DNA from: Pavona decussata
Taxonomy: Eukaryota
NCBI GenBank assembly: GCA_977016875.1
Contig: CDRNST010000015.1
Coordinates: 434,001 to 498,000 of the forward strand
Reading direction: 5' to 3'
Length of the DNA stretch: 64,000 nt
Shown here: positions 61,601 to 64,000 of the stretch, piece by piece
Layout of the letters: each line of letters opens with the position of its first letter
Numbering within the stretch: position 1 is the stretch's first letter
The notes under the pieces: model-generated
What the model saw: only the letters and a program-made list of their open reading frames with translations
What the model was told of the DNA's origin: nothing
The model's database searches: none
Translations under genes and position numbers: made by a program

Positions 61601-64000
61601 GAATTGGGCCAATTTATGGCCTGGAATCCACTACCACGGTGAAAGGGATCCCTCGATCCGTATAATGTGGGATATATCTATGCGAAGAATTTGAACCTTG
61701 CCGCACACCTTGCCGCAAAAATTATTTTAAAAACGGACACCTTTTTAAAAATGTTTCCAGAGTAGAAGCGAGGCTTTTCTCTCAAACGGTTCCCAGAGGG
61801 ATTTACGCGTTTTCATATTCAGTGTTGTCTCTGTACGGGCTCCATGTAACACAAATTAAGGCGCGAGGAAAACAGGTAGTTTATGCCCCATTGTCTTGTT
61901 CAGTGGTGTTTAGATAGAAAGTGAGATGGGTGGAAACTTTCATATTAAGAAGTATTACTAAGTACTGCGTGAAGAGCCTGCCGTGACATGACAACATATA
62001 ATCAGGATGAGTCGCTTGCGAAAGCGCGTTGTTATCTACACTGACCTCCTGAAGGAGGAAAACATATTACAAAAAAATAGTTTTTATTAGGACTGTTTGT
62101 TGGGTATATGATTTGTCGCTTGCGTGGCTCAAAGTTCATGTCAATTGATGTTGGAAAAGGAAGATTCTTTTGTCTCAAAACGGCAAACTTTCTTCTCAGG
62201 ATCATCTGGCTCTAAAAGGATGATATAATTACGACTCTTCTTAGGTTATAATCTTCATGATCGGGTGGAAATTCCCTTGTATTTATTTTTTCGTACTTTC
62301 AATCTCTCGTTTCTCCTTTGTTTATCAGAGTAGCTAAATTGAACTGATTCAGGGGCAAGCGCGGACGGAGAATGTACTTCAATCGTTGATTTCAAGTCGA
62401 AGATGTGAAGAACCAACTAGAATTCCATTCAGTGAAGCTCTCCGTGAGTTTTTTTTTTTCCATGATTTAGGATATAGTTAGCTTCATTGACGAATTCCTT
62501 ATTAGTTCATTATTTTTCCTTTGAAGATCGATCTGCGGAATGATGCCGTGATATAACAAATGGTATGTAAGATTACAATGTTTTGCATTCATTTGATTGC
62601 CCATTAAGTGTTGACCTAATAAAATCTGACTTCGAAAGGATTTAAACATCAATTGAAGTAGCTTAATGCTATTTAAACTTCCTTGCATTTTGGTTCCATT
62701 AAATCTATTATTGTTTCACGATTGACTATTTCCTTTTGATATTTCCGTTGCAATTATGAAATAAAATGAAATGAAATGAAACAAAACAAATTCATTTAAT
62801 GTAATTCTGAAGCTGCGATGTCGCCTCCATTCCGCATGATGGAAACTTGGATGGATTATAGGTTAGTGAGCCTTTTGGTCTCCATATCCTTTGTGTAGAT
62901 ACAACCCGACGGCAGAAAATACGTCACTTGTCCCATCCCCATGTGTGCAATCCGACGGACAAAGTTCAATTTTACAAAAGACGACAGATTTCTCAACTCA
63001 ATAAGCACTTACTTTCTTATTACAGGGAGGAAGACTAAAATGGTGGATGTTGTAAATACAGCAAGATGTCCGGCGTCGAAACCTAACCTACGCAAAGGTA
63101 AGCAGATATTTCTAAAACAAAGAGCAATATACGCTCTCGCAGCCCCATGAAAATTGCAAGACTTTCATTGATGGTTATAACCATCTTGTAATTTTGACGA
63201 GAGTGCCGTTTGACTTTTGTACCTTACTCTGTATACAGACAACAGGTAATTTTCCGACAGCACCAGGTTGTATAAACCAAACCAGACTTTAGTAAATCTT
63301 TGATCGACTTTTTGTATGATCGCGAATTATGCGCAATGTGTTTAATGCCGAAGAACCTGTTCTTGTTAACCATCGGAAAGAGAGACGATTTTTATTTTTA
63401 TTCAAGATGATTGGTGTGGCTGAATTATAATTTCTCAAATAGTTCAAACAACCTGATTTATCATCTGGTTTACGCAGCATGTGAGCTAACTCTCTTGTAT
63501 GTGAATAAATTTTTTTTGGGAAAGGTATAATTGCACGGTCAAATAGCCTAACTGAATCCCGATGCTTACTGGGTTAATTGAACTCACCTTTCGTAGGGAA
63601 AGATTGTTTGGATAATTGATCTGCATTTTTCTAGCTCGCGTGATTACCCATTAAGTCAAAACTTTTTTCTGAGGTTAAATTAAGTTATTTTACTTGCCGC
63701 TTTTTTCAGTCCTTGATGTTTTTGGTTAAGTAGAGTATATTTTATTGTAGTTTAGGTGGCGGTGCACTATTAAAATTTAACAGCCCGAACTTAGGCATCG
63801 ACAAAATCAGTGCTGCTACGTAACTGAACCACATACAGCCACCTCTGTAGCGACGGACGGACGGACGAGAAGGAGGAAGGGTCGCTTTTTTTCAGATGTT
63901 TAGATAACTCAGAGGATGAACCAAAAAGCTATTTCCCGGTAGAGCAGTACTGCTGACTACGAAGATTCCATGGAAATAAATGCATGCTCACGGACTGAGG

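Larger units (their letters stand above)
43209..64000 (+). repeat. Large segmental duplication, copy B (pairs with 1..21547)
   Basis: Collinear near-identity with 1..21547 apart from substitutions and copy-specific indels. True boundaries lie outside the comparable region. Confidence 0.97.

Overview
Eukaryotic, AT-rich, repeat-rich genomic DNA with two N-gaps. The repeat families resemble those of stony corals/cnidarians (inference). The dominant structure is a large direct duplication: 1..21547 recurs at 43209..64000 (period ~42.5-43.2 kb, both ends run out of the window), with patchy divergence and copy-specific insertions. Each copy carries a minus-strand 4-exon gene in which all introns are phase 0 GT-AG. 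The intact copy (49678..55675) encodes ~410 aa: a low-complexity acidic/P/Q/S-rich N-terminus and a C-terminal Cx4C...H domain that resembles the DNA-binding domain of MULE/FB-NOF-type transposases, with no DDE domain. It is a candidate domesticated DNA-binding protein. The other copy (6541..13213) has a +1 frameshift in exon 2. The rest is mostly transposon debris: PIF/Harbinger-type non-autonomous elements with Myb/MADF remnants and clear TSDs, an ISL2EU/Harbinger-like element, palindromic MITEs, an inverted L2/CR1-type LINE remnant, tRNA-derived SINEs, and Penelope-like remnants with hammerhead-like cores. There are also local tandem duplications and microsatellites. Most ORFs in the supplied track are spurious. 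No prokaryotic systems, CRISPR arrays or rRNA were seen.
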